From Marine group II euryarchaeote REDSEA-S11_B3N4 (GTDB lineage: Archaea; Thermoplasmatota; Poseidoniia; Poseidoniales; Thalassarchaeaceae), in contig LURR01000012.1 of assembly GCA_001628485.1 (NCBI GenBank), forward strand, positions 53,611 through 117,610: 64,000 nucleotides of DNA, in the 5' to 3' direction. The stretch's first letter is position 1; each line of letters begins with the position of its first letter. The notes beneath the pieces were generated by a model. It had not been told where the DNA came from and made no database searches. It was given only the letters and a program-made list of their open reading frames with translations. Made by a program: the position numbers and the translations under genes. Shown in pieces: positions 9,816 through 20,013 of the stretch.

Positions 9816-11645
9816 CTACTCCTCCTCTAACAAGTCCTCTGAGTCTAATAGATCCCTCAAATCATCAGGCATGGGGGGGTAGGAAGTGTAGTCAATTTCC
9901 ATTTTCCCATTTACTTGTTTAATTCTACTATTTAACTTGCCCCACTTTGAATTGTCAGGGGATGGGAAATCATCCCTTGTATGGCCTCCCCTACTTTCCT
10001 CCCTCATCAGCGCAGATAGAGCACACATCCTGCTTACATCTATCATTGCTGCTATCTCTAATGCTTGGTGCCAGCCAGGATTGTAGACTCTCCCGCCCGG
10101 AGACGTAGTGTTCTTCCCCCTAGCCTCCAGATCATCTAGGTCCTCCAAAGCTTCTTCCAGAAGCTTGCGTGTTCGGATTATTCCTACTTTATTCTGCATC
10201 ATTACCCTGAGATCATCTACCACTTTTGCAGGATTTTCTCCATCTTCCCTCCCGAGCGGTTCGAGCATCTCCGTTATCACCCTGTCAATTTCCTCATCGT
10301 CTATCTCTTCGAAATTACCCACCTGACTTGCAGACTTCGCTGCATTCTCTCCAGCAATCTTCCCGAAGGTAATGAGGTCAGACAAAGAATTCCCACCTAG
10401 ACGATTCGCCCCGTGAAGTCCTGTTGCAGCTTCGCCCGCTGCAAAAAGTCCTGGAACCGATGTCTCCTGAGTAATTGGGTCGACGCGCACTCCTCCCATT
10501 ACATAGTGTGCTGTGGGGCCAACCTCCATCGGCTCCTTTGTGATATCAACTGCTGCAAGCTCCATGAACTGATGGTACATTCCCGGAAGCTTCTTCTTAA
10601 TCTCCTCAGATTTTCTCCAAGAGATGTCCAAGTAGGCTCCTCCGTGCTCAGAGGCCCTGCCTGCAGCCTTCTCACTGTTGATAGCCTTGGCAACCACATC
10701 CCGTGTTAGCAACTCCGGAGGCCTTCTTTTTGTAGCAAGTTTTCCAGCGACTACCTCTTTTACCCACTCACTTGATTCGACCTCGGTATCTGCGAACTCT
10801 TCTCGGTACATTTCTGGTACATAATCGAACATGAACCTTTTACCTTCAGAATTTGTTAGCATGCCACCCTCCCCCCTGACTCCTTCTGTTACCAAAATGC
10901 CCTTTACGGACGGAGGCCAAATCATTCCCGTTGGATGAAATTGAACGAATTCCATATCTCCCATCTCCGCTCCTGTCCAGTATGCAAGAGCATGACCTTC
11001 TCCGGTGTACTCCCAAGACCCGGAGCATACCTCCCAACACCGAGTAATCCCTCCTGTTGCTAGCACGATCGATTTAGCTCTGAAAAGATGCAACGAACCG
11101 TCCGACCTATTGTAAGCAAAGCAACCCACAACTCTACCATCCTTCTTGAACAAATGACGGACAGTGTATTCCATGAAGACCTCCATTCCCGTGTGGATGC
11201 CCCTCTGTTGTAGTGTTCTGATAAGCTCTAAACCGGTTGCATCCCCGATATGGGCCAGCCTGGGATACGTGTGCCCTCCGAAATTCCTCTGACTCGTCTT
11301 CCCCTCTGATGTTCGGTCAAAGACCGCACCCCATTGTTCCAACTCCCTTATTCTGTCTGGAGCCTGTTGTGCATGGACCTTCGCCATCCTCCAGTCTGAA
11401 AGGTACTTTCCGCCCTTCATAGTGTCTCTGAAATGTATCTTCCAAGAATCTCTGTGGTCTTTGTTAGCTAATGCGGCGGCGGCACCTCCTTCTGCCATTA
11501 CTGTGTGTGCCTTTCCAAGCATAGATTTGCTGATCATGCCAACTTTGGCACCGTTCGAACTTGCCTCTATAGCGGCTCTCAATCCTGCTCCGCCCGCTCC
11601 TATAACGACAACATCAAAGTCCCATTCCGAGTAAGATTTGTCCAT
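9816..11645 (-). CDS. sdhA: Succinate dehydrogenase/fumarate reductase flavoprotein subunit
   Basis: GAGGAG, AHTVMAEGG (covalent FAD His), QFHPT, HYVMGG, LHGANRLGGNSL and REESRGGH. Confidence 0.96.
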   Translation of the reverse strand: MDKSYSEWDFDVVVIGAGGAGLRAAIEASSNGAKVGMISKSMLGKAHTVMAEGGAAAALANKDHRDSWKIHFRDTMKGGKYLSDWRMAKVHAQQAPDRIRELEQWGAVFDRTSEGKTSQRNFGGHTYPRLAHIGDATGLELIRTLQQRGIHTGMEVFMEYTVRHLFKKDGRVVGCFAYNRSDGSLHLFRAKSIVLATGGITRCWEVCSGSWEYTGEGHALAYWTGAEMGDMEFVQFHPTGMIWPPSVKGILVTEGVRGEGGMLTNSEGKRFMFDYVPEMYREEFADTEVESSEWVKEVVAGKLATKRRPPELLTRDVVAKAINSEKAAGRASEHGGAYLDISWRKSEEIKKKLPGMYHQFMELAAVDITKEPMEVGPTAHYVMGGVRVDPITQETSVPGLFAAGEAATGLHGANRLGGNSLSDLITFGKIAGENAAKSASQVGNFEEIDDEEIDRVITEMLEPLGREDGENPAKVVDDLRVMMQNKVGIIRTRKLLEEALEDLDDLEARGKNTTSPGGRVYNPGWHQALEIAAMIDVSRMCALSALMREESRGGHTRDDFPSPDNSKWGKLNSRIKQVNGKMEIDYTSYPPMPDDLRDLLDSEDLLEEE

Positions 11646-11653
11646 ATAATCAC

Positions 11654-12451
11654 CTAAATTTTGAAGCTAGGATCGCTTAGAATCCCTTCCGCGACTGCCC
11701 AGACAAATAAGTCCCCCAAGAAAACCATACCCAGGCTTGTCCAGAACCAGAATCCATGGTGGACATTTGTTTTGGAAACAAACCTGAAGATACTTCCCTG
11801 GATTTTCTCAAATCCTAGACTCCATCTTTTATTGCCGCCTCCAACCAAGTGCCTAAATGCATGACAAGAGGTAACATACATTGTCAACAAGAAAGACTCT
11901 GCGGCCAAGACAAATGTTCCAACAGACAGGCCATAGGTATTTGTTCCATCAACATCATGAAACTTTAGTGTGTGGAATACGTCGATGTACTTCATGAAGA
12001 GAATGATGATGGCAAGGTAAAGCATTATTCTGTGGATATTGTTGAAGATGAATAATCCCCCTTCACCTCTGTAGCCCAGAGATTTGGAGATCTTTGGTTC
12101 TGCTACCACACATGCCACAGGACTAGCGAAGAATGTTCTGTAGTAGACGCGTCGCATGTAGTAGCAGGTGCCTCTGAATCCAAATGGTATCCAGAGTATC
12201 AACATAGCAGAATTAGCCCAAGCAGGGACTTCCAGACTCCACAGGTGGATTATATCCGGAGAGAAAATTGGGCTAGTTACTCTATGATCATCGTAATGAA
12301 TCGCTCCATCAAAAAAAATCAATCTTAGAAATGTGTAAATCAAGGCGGCTGTAAGGGCGACTCCCATCCACAAGGGTTCCATCCACCACCGATCGATTCT
12401 ATTTGTCTCGCCGAAGCCTTGGCTAATTGGAAGTCTGAAACTAGTAGCCAT
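11654..12451 (-). CDS. Single succinate dehydrogenase membrane anchor, actinobacterial Sdh1 (Rv0249c)-like
   Basis: First gene of the sdh operon, about 5 TM helices, motifs FRGTCYYMRRVYYR, NIHR and SCHAFRH. Confidence 0.8.
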   Translation of the reverse strand: MATSFRLPISQGFGETNRIDRWWMEPLWMGVALTAALIYTFLRLIFFDGAIHYDDHRVTSPIFSPDIIHLWSLEVPAWANSAMLILWIPFGFRGTCYYMRRVYYRTFFASPVACVVAEPKISKSLGYRGEGGLFIFNNIHRIMLYLAIIILFMKYIDVFHTLKFHDVDGTNTYGLSVGTFVLAAESFLLTMYVTSCHAFRHLVGGGNKRWSLGFEKIQGSIFRFVSKTNVHHGFWFWTSLGMVFLGDLFVWAVAEGILSDPSFKI

Positions 12452-12521
12452 TAGTCCAACTCATTATGGTCCCGCAGGGCCCCCAGTAGACCCCACGAGG
12501 AACTCCCATTTTAATCCGAGT

Positions 12522-12572
12522 TTGTACAACACTGTGTTTGAACAAGTATTGCAAAACTTACTGTACGACAGT
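12522..12572. promoter_or_regulatory. Two inverted repeats (candidate operators) between the divergent sdh and microprotein starts
   Basis: TTGTACAACAC-T-GTGTTTGAACAA (12522-12545, imperfect) and ACTGT-ACG-ACAGT (12560-12572). Confidence 0.35.
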
Positions 12573-12671
12573 TTCTTGATTTGGTACACGAAACGACCCC
12601 AGAGAGACGAAATAAGATATTGGTCATCAAAAATGCGAAATGTTCACAATATGATTTAATTTGGTCTGATT

Positions 12672-12779
12672 ATGCACGGTGATGACCTTGTCACTTCCAT
12701 CTGCCCGAATTGCAATTACATGCCAGGAGCATGGCTTCCCGGGGTCAAGTGTCCTGAGTGTGGAGAACCAATGCTCTAA
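12672..12779 (+). CDS. 35-aa CPxC/CPxCG zinc-finger microprotein
   Basis: Hand translation: MHGDDLVTSICPNCNYMPGAWLPGVKCPECGEPML-stop. Two knuckle motifs; below the ORF-track size cutoff. Confidence 0.7.
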   Translation: MHGDDLVTSICPNCNYMPGAWLPGVKCPECGEPML

Positions 12780-14422
12780 GCCAGTGAGGCATAGTCCGCT
12801 TCTGCCTCTTTGACGTGTATCTCATCCACATCCATTTGAGCGAGCTGGAGTTTTCCAGATAGTTCATCGTTCACCGCATGCCAGTATGAGTAAGCTTCTA
12901 TCACCCATATTCCTGACTCTCTAGTTCCATTTCCACTGTCCTTAACCCCACCAAATGGTAGATGTGCCTCAGCCCCTGTGGTGGAGTTGTTTATGCCCGT
13001 CATTCCAGCCTTTATTCCAGTCTTGAAACGGTATGCTTCAAGCCTATCGTTAGTATAGCAAGCACTGGATAATCCAAATGGAGATGCGTTGGCCAGATGG
13101 AGGGCATTTTCGAAATCATCGGCCCTAACTACAGTCACGACAGGTCCGAAGATTTCTTCCTGGAAGCATCGCATTTCCTCTGTTACGTCTGCGTAAACAT
13201 GCGGCCACATGTACGAACCCTCCGAAGCATCGCCTTGGAAATTCTCAGGCTTGTTCTCATTGGTAATTCTGCCTTCTCCCCATAGTTTGGTGGCTCCATC
13301 GGTTTCACACATCCCCAGGTCCCTTAGGAAATCACTGGCATACTTTTCCGATAGCATAGAACCGTACAATACATCGTCATTTCTCAGTGAGTCTCCGATT
13401 TTAGTTTCCTTCACCTTTGCCATGAATTTATCCATGAACTCTTCGTATATGTCCTTGTGAAGTATCAGATTCCCCAAGCTAGTGCAACGTTGACCAGCTG
13501 TTCCGAAAGCAGCCCAATACGCACCTTCGACCGCATTTTCGATGTTCGCCGATGGCATCACAACTAGGGGATTCTTACCCCCCAACTCCAGTGAACACGA
13601 GACTAGGTTCCTTCCACACACCTCTCCGATCATCTTTCCAACGGGTGTTGAACCAGTGAAACTGATCTTATTCACTAGTCCCTCGTCAACCGAATCAACA
13701 AGGAACTGCCCCGCTCCACTTCCTTTGCCATGGATCAAATTGACCACGCCATTGGGTAGCCCTGCCTCGTGCATTATTCTGGTGAGCATGAATGATAGCA
13801 GGGGGGAGTCTTGGGGGCTTTTCCAAACGCATGTGTTTCCACACATTATTGCAGGAATCATCTTCCAGAAGGGTACCGCTGAAGGGAAGTTACTTGCATT
13901 TATGATTCCACATACGCCAAGTGGCCTCCGATAGGTGAAAAGCTCCTTGTCAGGTAACTCTGAGTTCACCGTCTGACCATACAATCTCCTTCCCTCAGAT
14001 TGGAAAAATAGGCATGTGTCGATCGCTTCCTGAACCTCGCCAGCACTCTCTTTCAGAGTCTTTCCTATTTCCCTAGATTCCACTCTGACAATATCGTCCT
14101 TGTGCTGCATTAGCAGCCTTCCCATGTTTCCAATAATCTGGCCCCTAGTCGGAGCAGGCGTTTGTGACCATTGAGAGAAGGCTTCCCTAGCTGAAATTAG
14201 TGCGTCATGAACGTCTTCCTTTGTAGATAAGGGAAACACTCCCACGCAGTCATCCAACCATGCTGGGTTCCTGCTTTCGAACGTCTCGCCATCGCTTGCT
14301 GGACGCAACTCTCCATTGATTATATTGTAGCCCATTACGGTGGGGCTACCGTTGGGGTTTTCTCTGTTTAAAATCTCGAACCCTGTCTCAAGTACGTGTG
14401 CCATGTATACGGCGGATACCAC
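12776..14422 (-). CDS. NAD(P)-dependent aldehyde dehydrogenase
   Basis: FTGST, LELGGKNP, GQRCTS (catalytic Cys), EEIFGP and PFGGVKDSG. The likely start is ATG 14404. Confidence 0.95.
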   Translation of the reverse strand: MVSAVYMAHVLETGFEILNRENPNGSPTVMGYNIINGELRPASDGETFESRNPAWLDDCVGVFPLSTKEDVHDALISAREAFSQWSQTPAPTRGQIIGNMGRLLMQHKDDIVRVESREIGKTLKESAGEVQEAIDTCLFFQSEGRRLYGQTVNSELPDKELFTYRRPLGVCGIINASNFPSAVPFWKMIPAIMCGNTCVWKSPQDSPLLSFMLTRIMHEAGLPNGVVNLIHGKGSGAGQFLVDSVDEGLVNKISFTGSTPVGKMIGEVCGRNLVSCSLELGGKNPLVVMPSANIENAVEGAYWAAFGTAGQRCTSLGNLILHKDIYEEFMDKFMAKVKETKIGDSLRNDDVLYGSMLSEKYASDFLRDLGMCETDGATKLWGEGRITNENKPENFQGDASEGSYMWPHVYADVTEEMRCFQEEIFGPVVTVVRADDFENALHLANASPFGLSSACYTNDRLEAYRFKTGIKAGMTGINNSTTGAEAHLPFGGVKDSGNGTRESGIWVIEAYSYWHAVNDELSGKLQLAQMDVDEIHVKEAEADYASLA

Positions 14423-14545
14423 TTCTGAAATGAATTATGCGCATCGCTATGCCTTGTTCCGATAACCATTTTACGCCATGGAGAATCCTAGATTGCAGGG
14501 TTTAACAACCCCCTATGCACGAGAAGGGGCGGCAGGGAGTGAAAA

Positions 14546-16771
14546 ATGTCATCAGACTCTAACGAATCACTAACTTTGAGAGTGGCGAAGGCGATACCAA
14601 GTGACGTGGGTCACGGACGAGCGAGAGTCCCGTTCGACAATGACCTGAACCTAAAACCCGGAGATATCGTCGAGATTGAAGGAGAGAGGAAGACCGCGGC
14701 TATTGTTTGGAGATGCAGGCCAGAAGATGCAAATCTTGGAGTTATTCGAATCGACGGCATAATTAGGAAAAACTCTGGAGTAAGTCTTGGAGACAGAGCC
14801 GAGATTCGCAAAGTCGAGGTCGAGCCTTGCACCAAATTGGTTCTGAGCCCAGTAATGGCAAAGCAACAGAAAGTTAGGTTTGGACCAGGAATCGAAGGAT
14901 TCGCAAGACGGGGCCTGAACAAGAGGCCAGTTGTTGCAGGAGACAGAATATTCATCCCAGGGATGACACTCTTCGCCGAAGCACTGCCTTTTGCTATAGT
15001 CCAGACCAGTCCCAAGGGGATAGTGCAGGTACTTCCCGATACTGAGATTGTGATCAAGGAGGATGGCATTGACCAAGAAGAGGAAAATATGGTTCAGACC
15101 ATCTCCTACGAGGATATCGGAGGAATCGGAAACCAGCTCCAAAAGGTTAGGGAGATGATAGAGCTCCCTCTGAAGCATCCTATTCTATTCCGAAGGCTCG
15201 GGATCGATCCTCCGCGAGGGGTTCTGTTGCATGGCCCTCCAGGAACTGGAAAGACACTGATTGCCAAGGCCGTGGCGTCAGAGACAAAGGCCCACTTCAC
15301 ATCGATAAATGGCCCGGAAATAATCTCGAAGTACTACGGGGAGAGTGAGAAGCAACTCCGTGAGATTTTTGACGAGGCCGCAGCCAACGCTCCAGCAATC
15401 ATATTCATTGACGAACTAGACAGCATCGCTCCAAAGAGGGAGGATGTCACTGGAGAAGTAGAGAGGCGTGTAGTCGCACAACTACTTACCCTTCTGGATG
15501 GAATGGGTGGCAGGGACAATGTCGTGGTAATAGGGGCCACAAACAGAAGGGATGCAATTGACCAGGCTCTAAGGAGGCCTGGAAGATTCGATAGAGAATT
15601 GGAGATTGGTGTCCCAGACAAGGCAGGCAGGGGAGAGATACTGGAGATTCACACTAGGGACATGCCAATCAGTGATGACTACAATTTGGAGTGGCTACTT
15701 GACCATACTCATGGATTCGTTGGAGCCGATATCTCAGCCTTGGTAAGGGAAGCAGCAATGAAGGCTCTTCGACGCTATCTACCAGAGATAGATCTGGACG
15801 AGGAAGAGATTCCTCCTGAGGTAATCGAGAAGATGGAAGTCAGAATGTCTGACTTCCAAGAGGCAGTTAGAGAAATCGAGCCAAGCGCTCTCAGGGAGAT
15901 ATATGTACAGGTACCAGAAGTTACCTGGGAAGAGGTAGGCGGTCTCCAAGACGTAAAGGAACGACTGAAGGAGAGCGTAGAATGGCCATTGAACATGCCC
16001 GAGAAATTCGAACATTTCGGAATAACTCCACCCAGAGGGATAATGCTGTTTGGCGCACCGGGTACAGGCAAGACCCTCATTGCAAAGGCGATTGCTAACG
16101 AGGCCAAGGCCAATTTCATATCCATAAAAGGACCAGAGCTAATTTCTAAGTGGGTCGGAGAATCTGAGAAAGCAGTCAGAGAGGTGTTCAAGAAAGCCAA
16201 GCAATCTAGTCCTTCGATTGTCTTCCTTGATGAGTTCGAGAGCATTGCTGGAATGAGAAGGAGCCATTCCGGAGAGGGTTCAGATGTCATGAACAGAGTA
16301 GTGAACCAACTTCTGAGCAGTCTTGATGGGGTGGAAGGAATGGAAGGAGTAATCGTAGTCGCGGCAACCAACAGACCTGAAATGATCGATCCAGCACTGA
16401 TGCGTAGTGGGCGATTCGAACGAGTTCTACATATCCCTCCACCTGACAGAGACTCTAGGTCCGCAATCCTGAAGATTCACACAAAGGATATGCCCCTCGG
16501 GAAGTTCAAAATTGACGATTTGGCTGCTAGTATGGAGAATTACACTGGTGCTGATATAGAGGCAGTCTGCAGAGAAGCAGCCCTAATTTCAATGAGAGAT
16601 GAGAAGAAGACAGTAACTAGGAAGCACTTCGAAACCGCGGTGGAAAGAGTTAGGCCCACTGTAAACGATGAGATGATGCAATACTACTCAAAATTGGAAG
16701 AGACACTAACCAGTGGTCTTGAGTCAGTGAAGCGCTCCTCCGGCACAATCTCCGGGATCGAATTAATTTGA
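14546..16771 (+). CDS. cdc48: Cdc48/VCP (VAT) AAA+ ATPase
   Basis: N domain and two AAA modules ([16 protein letters not shown]), with pore loops KYYG and KWVG. Confidence 0.96.
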   Translation: MSSDSNESLTLRVAKAIPSDVGHGRARVPFDNDLNLKPGDIVEIEGERKTAAIVWRCRPEDANLGVIRIDGIIRKNSGVSLGDRAEIRKVEVEPCTKLVLSPVMAKQQKVRFGPGIEGFARRGLNKRPVVAGDRIFIPGMTLFAEALPFAIVQTSPKGIVQVLPDTEIVIKEDGIDQEEENMVQTISYEDIGGIGNQLQKVREMIELPLKHPILFRRLGIDPPRGVLLHGPPGTGKTLIAKAVASETKAHFTSINGPEIISKYYGESEKQLREIFDEAAANAPAIIFIDELDSIAPKREDVTGEVERRVVAQLLTLLDGMGGRDNVVVIGATNRRDAIDQALRRPGRFDRELEIGVPDKAGRGEILEIHTRDMPISDDYNLEWLLDHTHGFVGADISALVREAAMKALRRYLPEIDLDEEEIPPEVIEKMEVRMSDFQEAVREIEPSALREIYVQVPEVTWEEVGGLQDVKERLKESVEWPLNMPEKFEHFGITPPRGIMLFGAPGTGKTLIAKAIANEAKANFISIKGPELISKWVGESEKAVREVFKKAKQSSPSIVFLDEFESIAGMRRSHSGEGSDVMNRVVNQLLSSLDGVEGMEGVIVVAATNRPEMIDPALMRSGRFERVLHIPPPDRDSRSAILKIHTKDMPLGKFKIDDLAASMENYTGADIEAVCREAALISMRDEKKTVTRKHFETAVERVRPTVNDEMMQYYSKLEETLTSGLESVKRSSGTISGIELI

Positions 16772-17022
16772 GGAATATAATGAAGACCACATTCACTCAA
16801 GAAATAATGACTAGGCAAGTCGTAGATGCCGCAGGTGATCTTCTTGGTCATCTGGCAGACTTCACGGTAGATGTTGATACTGGAAACATTGTTGCAATCC
16901 TGGTCGTAACTGAGCAGGGAATCGACCCTTCCGAGCTGCCGTGGCCAACAAACGACGGTCTCCTCACAATCCCTGTCGAGGAAGTAGCTAGTGTCGGTAA
17001 TGTCGTGGAACTCTCCAGATAA
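16768..17022 (+). CDS. PRC-barrel domain protein
   Basis: [27 protein letters not shown]...[13 protein letters not shown] is the typical PRC pattern. The start may be ATG 16780. Confidence 0.82.
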   Translation: MRNIMKTTFTQEIMTRQVVDAAGDLLGHLADFTVDVDTGNIVAILVVTEQGIDPSELPWPTNDGLLTIPVEEVASVGNVVELSR

Positions 17023-17104
17023 GTCGATGCAGCATTGTTCATGGTCACATAACGGTCATAAAACGTTCTTCGGGCTCAACAACCATAGTTGAGGTGACCG
17101 GACG

Positions 17105-18769
17105 GTGGATTGGAGAAAGATAGGCGGTTTTCTCAATACTCGAAGGAACAAGAGGATAGCCTTGCAAGCCTCCTTCTGGGCAGTGCTCCTTCTTCTAATC
17201 CTATCAATCGCAATCACTTATGTTGTTCCCGGACAGACTCAACAGTCCGCATATGGGGACGAGTGGAACGATCTCGGCTCATTTCGTGAGGAACTGAACA
17301 ACAAGGGAGTGGAGACAACAGCACTGGTATCCAGCCCGCTGCTTTTGAGTGACATCGATCATCCCGAGCAGACTATCTTCGTGATATCCGGTGTGGAGAG
17401 AGATACAATTTCTCTCCCACGCTTCACCGGCGAGGATGATTTGATACAATTTTCCGAGGGAGATGGATACACTTCTTCCGAGATTGTTGCAATCAGAGAA
17501 TTTGTCTCAAGGGGCGGTACGCTGATTCTCATGGACGACTTTGGATATTCGAGCAATCTTGCCTCGGAGTTTGGTCTCCAATTCACTAACCATCGCTTGT
17601 ATGCTGACTATAGCTACGACAATGATCTCGGGTCTGATTTCGTATGGGTAAATACCACCTCAGCATTCAACTTCACTTCGTCACAAGGGACTCAGACCAC
17701 TGTTAATCCATGTATCAAGGATGTCGATGGAGATGGGGTTGTCGACGTTCTGGATCAAGATCCTAGTGACCCAGAAATCGGAGCACCATTCGTAACCATC
17801 CAGGACTCCGGTCTTTGCGCACACCGGTTCCAAGGCACAGATCCAGCAACAAATCAACCCAGATGGGATTGGTCACAGGATTACAGCATTCTCACCAACA
17901 CACCATCGGCATTCGAGAAGACTACCTCATACAATCCTGCAGAGAGACGCTATGTTATCTCAAAAACCACTCAGGACTCGTGGATAGACAATAACGGAGA
18001 CGGCAACTACTCCGTTGGCTCCTTTGCTGCGTTCGGTCTCGTGGGAGACGAGCAGGGCCCGTTCCCAGTCTATGTCAGATATTGCGAGGCTATTCTTTGT
18101 CGAGGTTCAGAGACCGGCAGAGTCCATTTCATATCCGACGGATCAGTCCTGATTAACTCCTTGTATGATCCAGAATTCGCTTCGATTTATTCCGGTATGG
18201 TGCCAGAAAACGACAATAGGAAATGGATTCTGGATGTAGTGGCAGAGGCTCTGATACTGAACGATAATGGAACTTCTCCGGGAGAACACGCATTAGTTAT
18301 CTTCGACGAGAGCAGACACCAACAGCCCACAATATTCGGTGACACGTACAACTTAGTCTACTACCTTCTGATTTACTTCACTAATGATTGGATGGCCATG
18401 CTGATACTATTCCTTTTCCTGTTCATTCTGCTAGAAGCTGTACTAATTAGGAAAGAGGACCCAGAGGACTGGAGACACGTTTTCAGAGTTGTTTACTATG
18501 GATTCGGAGATGCTGAGAGATACAAGTACTACCAGAGGCCAGAGAAAATCAGACAAGTTCTACTCACTAGGGTAAGGAATCTCAATGCCCTAACAATGGA
18601 GGAGTTTGATGCAATGCCGGCCTCTGAACTTCAGGGAATGATCCGCGATCCCGTTCTTGTTCGCTTCCTTTTCGAGGAGAGGAACTACAGGCCAGATGAA
18701 CTGGTTGGTATTGTTAGAAGAATAAAACAATGGGGAGAATCCGGGGGTGTGACGAAAGTTGTGGACTAG
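17105..18769 (+). CDS. DUF4350-like membrane-anchored protein
   Basis: N-terminal TM helix, SAY..WN, FVSRGGTLILMDDFG, ISDGSVLINS and VIFDESR, then a second TM helix. GAGGTGA lies upstream of the GTG. Confidence 0.7.
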   Translation: MDWRKIGGFLNTRRNKRIALQASFWAVLLLLILSIAITYVVPGQTQQSAYGDEWNDLGSFREELNNKGVETTALVSSPLLLSDIDHPEQTIFVISGVERDTISLPRFTGEDDLIQFSEGDGYTSSEIVAIREFVSRGGTLILMDDFGYSSNLASEFGLQFTNHRLYADYSYDNDLGSDFVWVNTTSAFNFTSSQGTQTTVNPCIKDVDGDGVVDVLDQDPSDPEIGAPFVTIQDSGLCAHRFQGTDPATNQPRWDWSQDYSILTNTPSAFEKTTSYNPAERRYVISKTTQDSWIDNNGDGNYSVGSFAAFGLVGDEQGPFPVYVRYCEAILCRGSETGRVHFISDGSVLINSLYDPEFASIYSGMVPENDNRKWILDVVAEALILNDNGTSPGEHALVIFDESRHQQPTIFGDTYNLVYYLLIYFTNDWMAMLILFLFLFILLEAVLIRKEDPEDWRHVFRVVYYGFGDAERYKYYQRPEKIRQVLLTRVRNLNALTMEEFDAMPASELQGMIRDPVLVRFLFEERNYRPDELVGIVRRIKQWGESGGVTKVVD

Positions 18770-20009
18770 AAAAGCAGCAATCATGCTAGCAGGGGGCTTA
18801 AGCCTAATCTTGGTTGGAATGATGATTTCCAATTTCCAGATGATGATAATCGGTCTAACCTTCATCGCTTTCATATCTCTAAATGGGTGGATAGTAGGTC
18901 AGTCTGAACTAGAGATAACACGATTCGTACCTCATTCAAATGTGTACAAGGGCGACCTGATCGAGGTTTCGCTAACAATCACGAACAAGTCCTACAGGAG
19001 AACACAGCTACTGGAAATCTTCGACAACGTGCCCCACGAGATGAAGATAAGACGCGGAATCAACCAGATTAGGATAAACCTAGGTCCGGGGCAGTCAACC
19101 AAACTAGATTACATGCTGAGGTGCCCGCTTAGGGGGCATTTCTCGATAGGACCTATCTCTGTAAGGCACCGCAATGCCTTCGGTTTGTTCGTGAACGAGT
19201 CGAAGATAGAGGATCTGTGCGACATCACCGTCTTCCCACAGGTCAGGGACGTGGAGGACGCGATGCTGAGAGCAGACGTCCCGAAGATGTACACGGGAGC
19301 CACCACACTCAGGACTCCTGGGCCTGGAATGGAGTTCTACTCGCTTAGGGAGTACCTCTCCACAGATCCGATCAGATCAATAAATTGGAAGGCGTTCGCA
19401 AGAACCGGTGAAATGATGGTAAATCAGAAGACTAGGGATGCAGTTACTGATGTCTTCGTAATTCTCGACACAAGAGAGGTCAGTAGGATCGGGACCGTCC
19501 TGAAGAATCCCCTCGAGATGGGAGCATCTGCAGCGGCATCTCTGGCTAGCCACTTCCTGAAGAGGAAAGACTCCGTTGCCATTGTGACCTATGGAAGTAG
19601 GATGGACTTCCTACCGCCTGATACTGGCGACAAGCAGCAATATAAGATCCTAAGTCGCCTAGCTTCTGTTTCCCCATCCGGATCGATGCCTCTCCAGGCG
19701 GTAACAAATGCACTTTCTCCAAGAATCAGTCGCGGCTCTCCCGTCTTCATTATCAGCAGTCTAGAGGGCGATGGCACCACTCTTCCTGCAATCAGGAACC
19801 TGTCAGGAAACGGGCACGAGGTAATTATCCTGTCACCGAGTAGCGTTGACCTCGAGAGACTGGTGAGCCGCATCCCCCGAATGGCCTACGAGGTCCTCAA
19901 ATTGGAGAGACAGAATCGACTGACTGCCGTATCGGGATACGGGGCCAAGGTCGTGGATTGGATGCCCGATGTCGAGCTTTCGCAGGCACTGGTACAGTCG
20001 AGGGGGTGA
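18759..20009 (+). CDS. DUF58 protein (vWA-like, usually MoxR-associated)
   Basis: RGHFSIGP and GPGMEFYSLREY...DPIRSINWKAFAR motifs. Confidence 0.9.
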   Translation: MWTRKAAIMLAGGLSLILVGMMISNFQMMIIGLTFIAFISLNGWIVGQSELEITRFVPHSNVYKGDLIEVSLTITNKSYRRTQLLEIFDNVPHEMKIRRGINQIRINLGPGQSTKLDYMLRCPLRGHFSIGPISVRHRNAFGLFVNESKIEDLCDITVFPQVRDVEDAMLRADVPKMYTGATTLRTPGPGMEFYSLREYLSTDPIRSINWKAFARTGEMMVNQKTRDAVTDVFVILDTREVSRIGTVLKNPLEMGASAAASLASHFLKRKDSVAIVTYGSRMDFLPPDTGDKQQYKILSRLASVSPSGSMPLQAVTNALSPRISRGSPVFIISSLEGDGTTLPAIRNLSGNGHEVIILSPSSVDLERLVSRIPRMAYEVLKLERQNRLTAVSGYGAKVVDWMPDVELSQALVQSRG

Positions 20010-20013
20010 GAAA

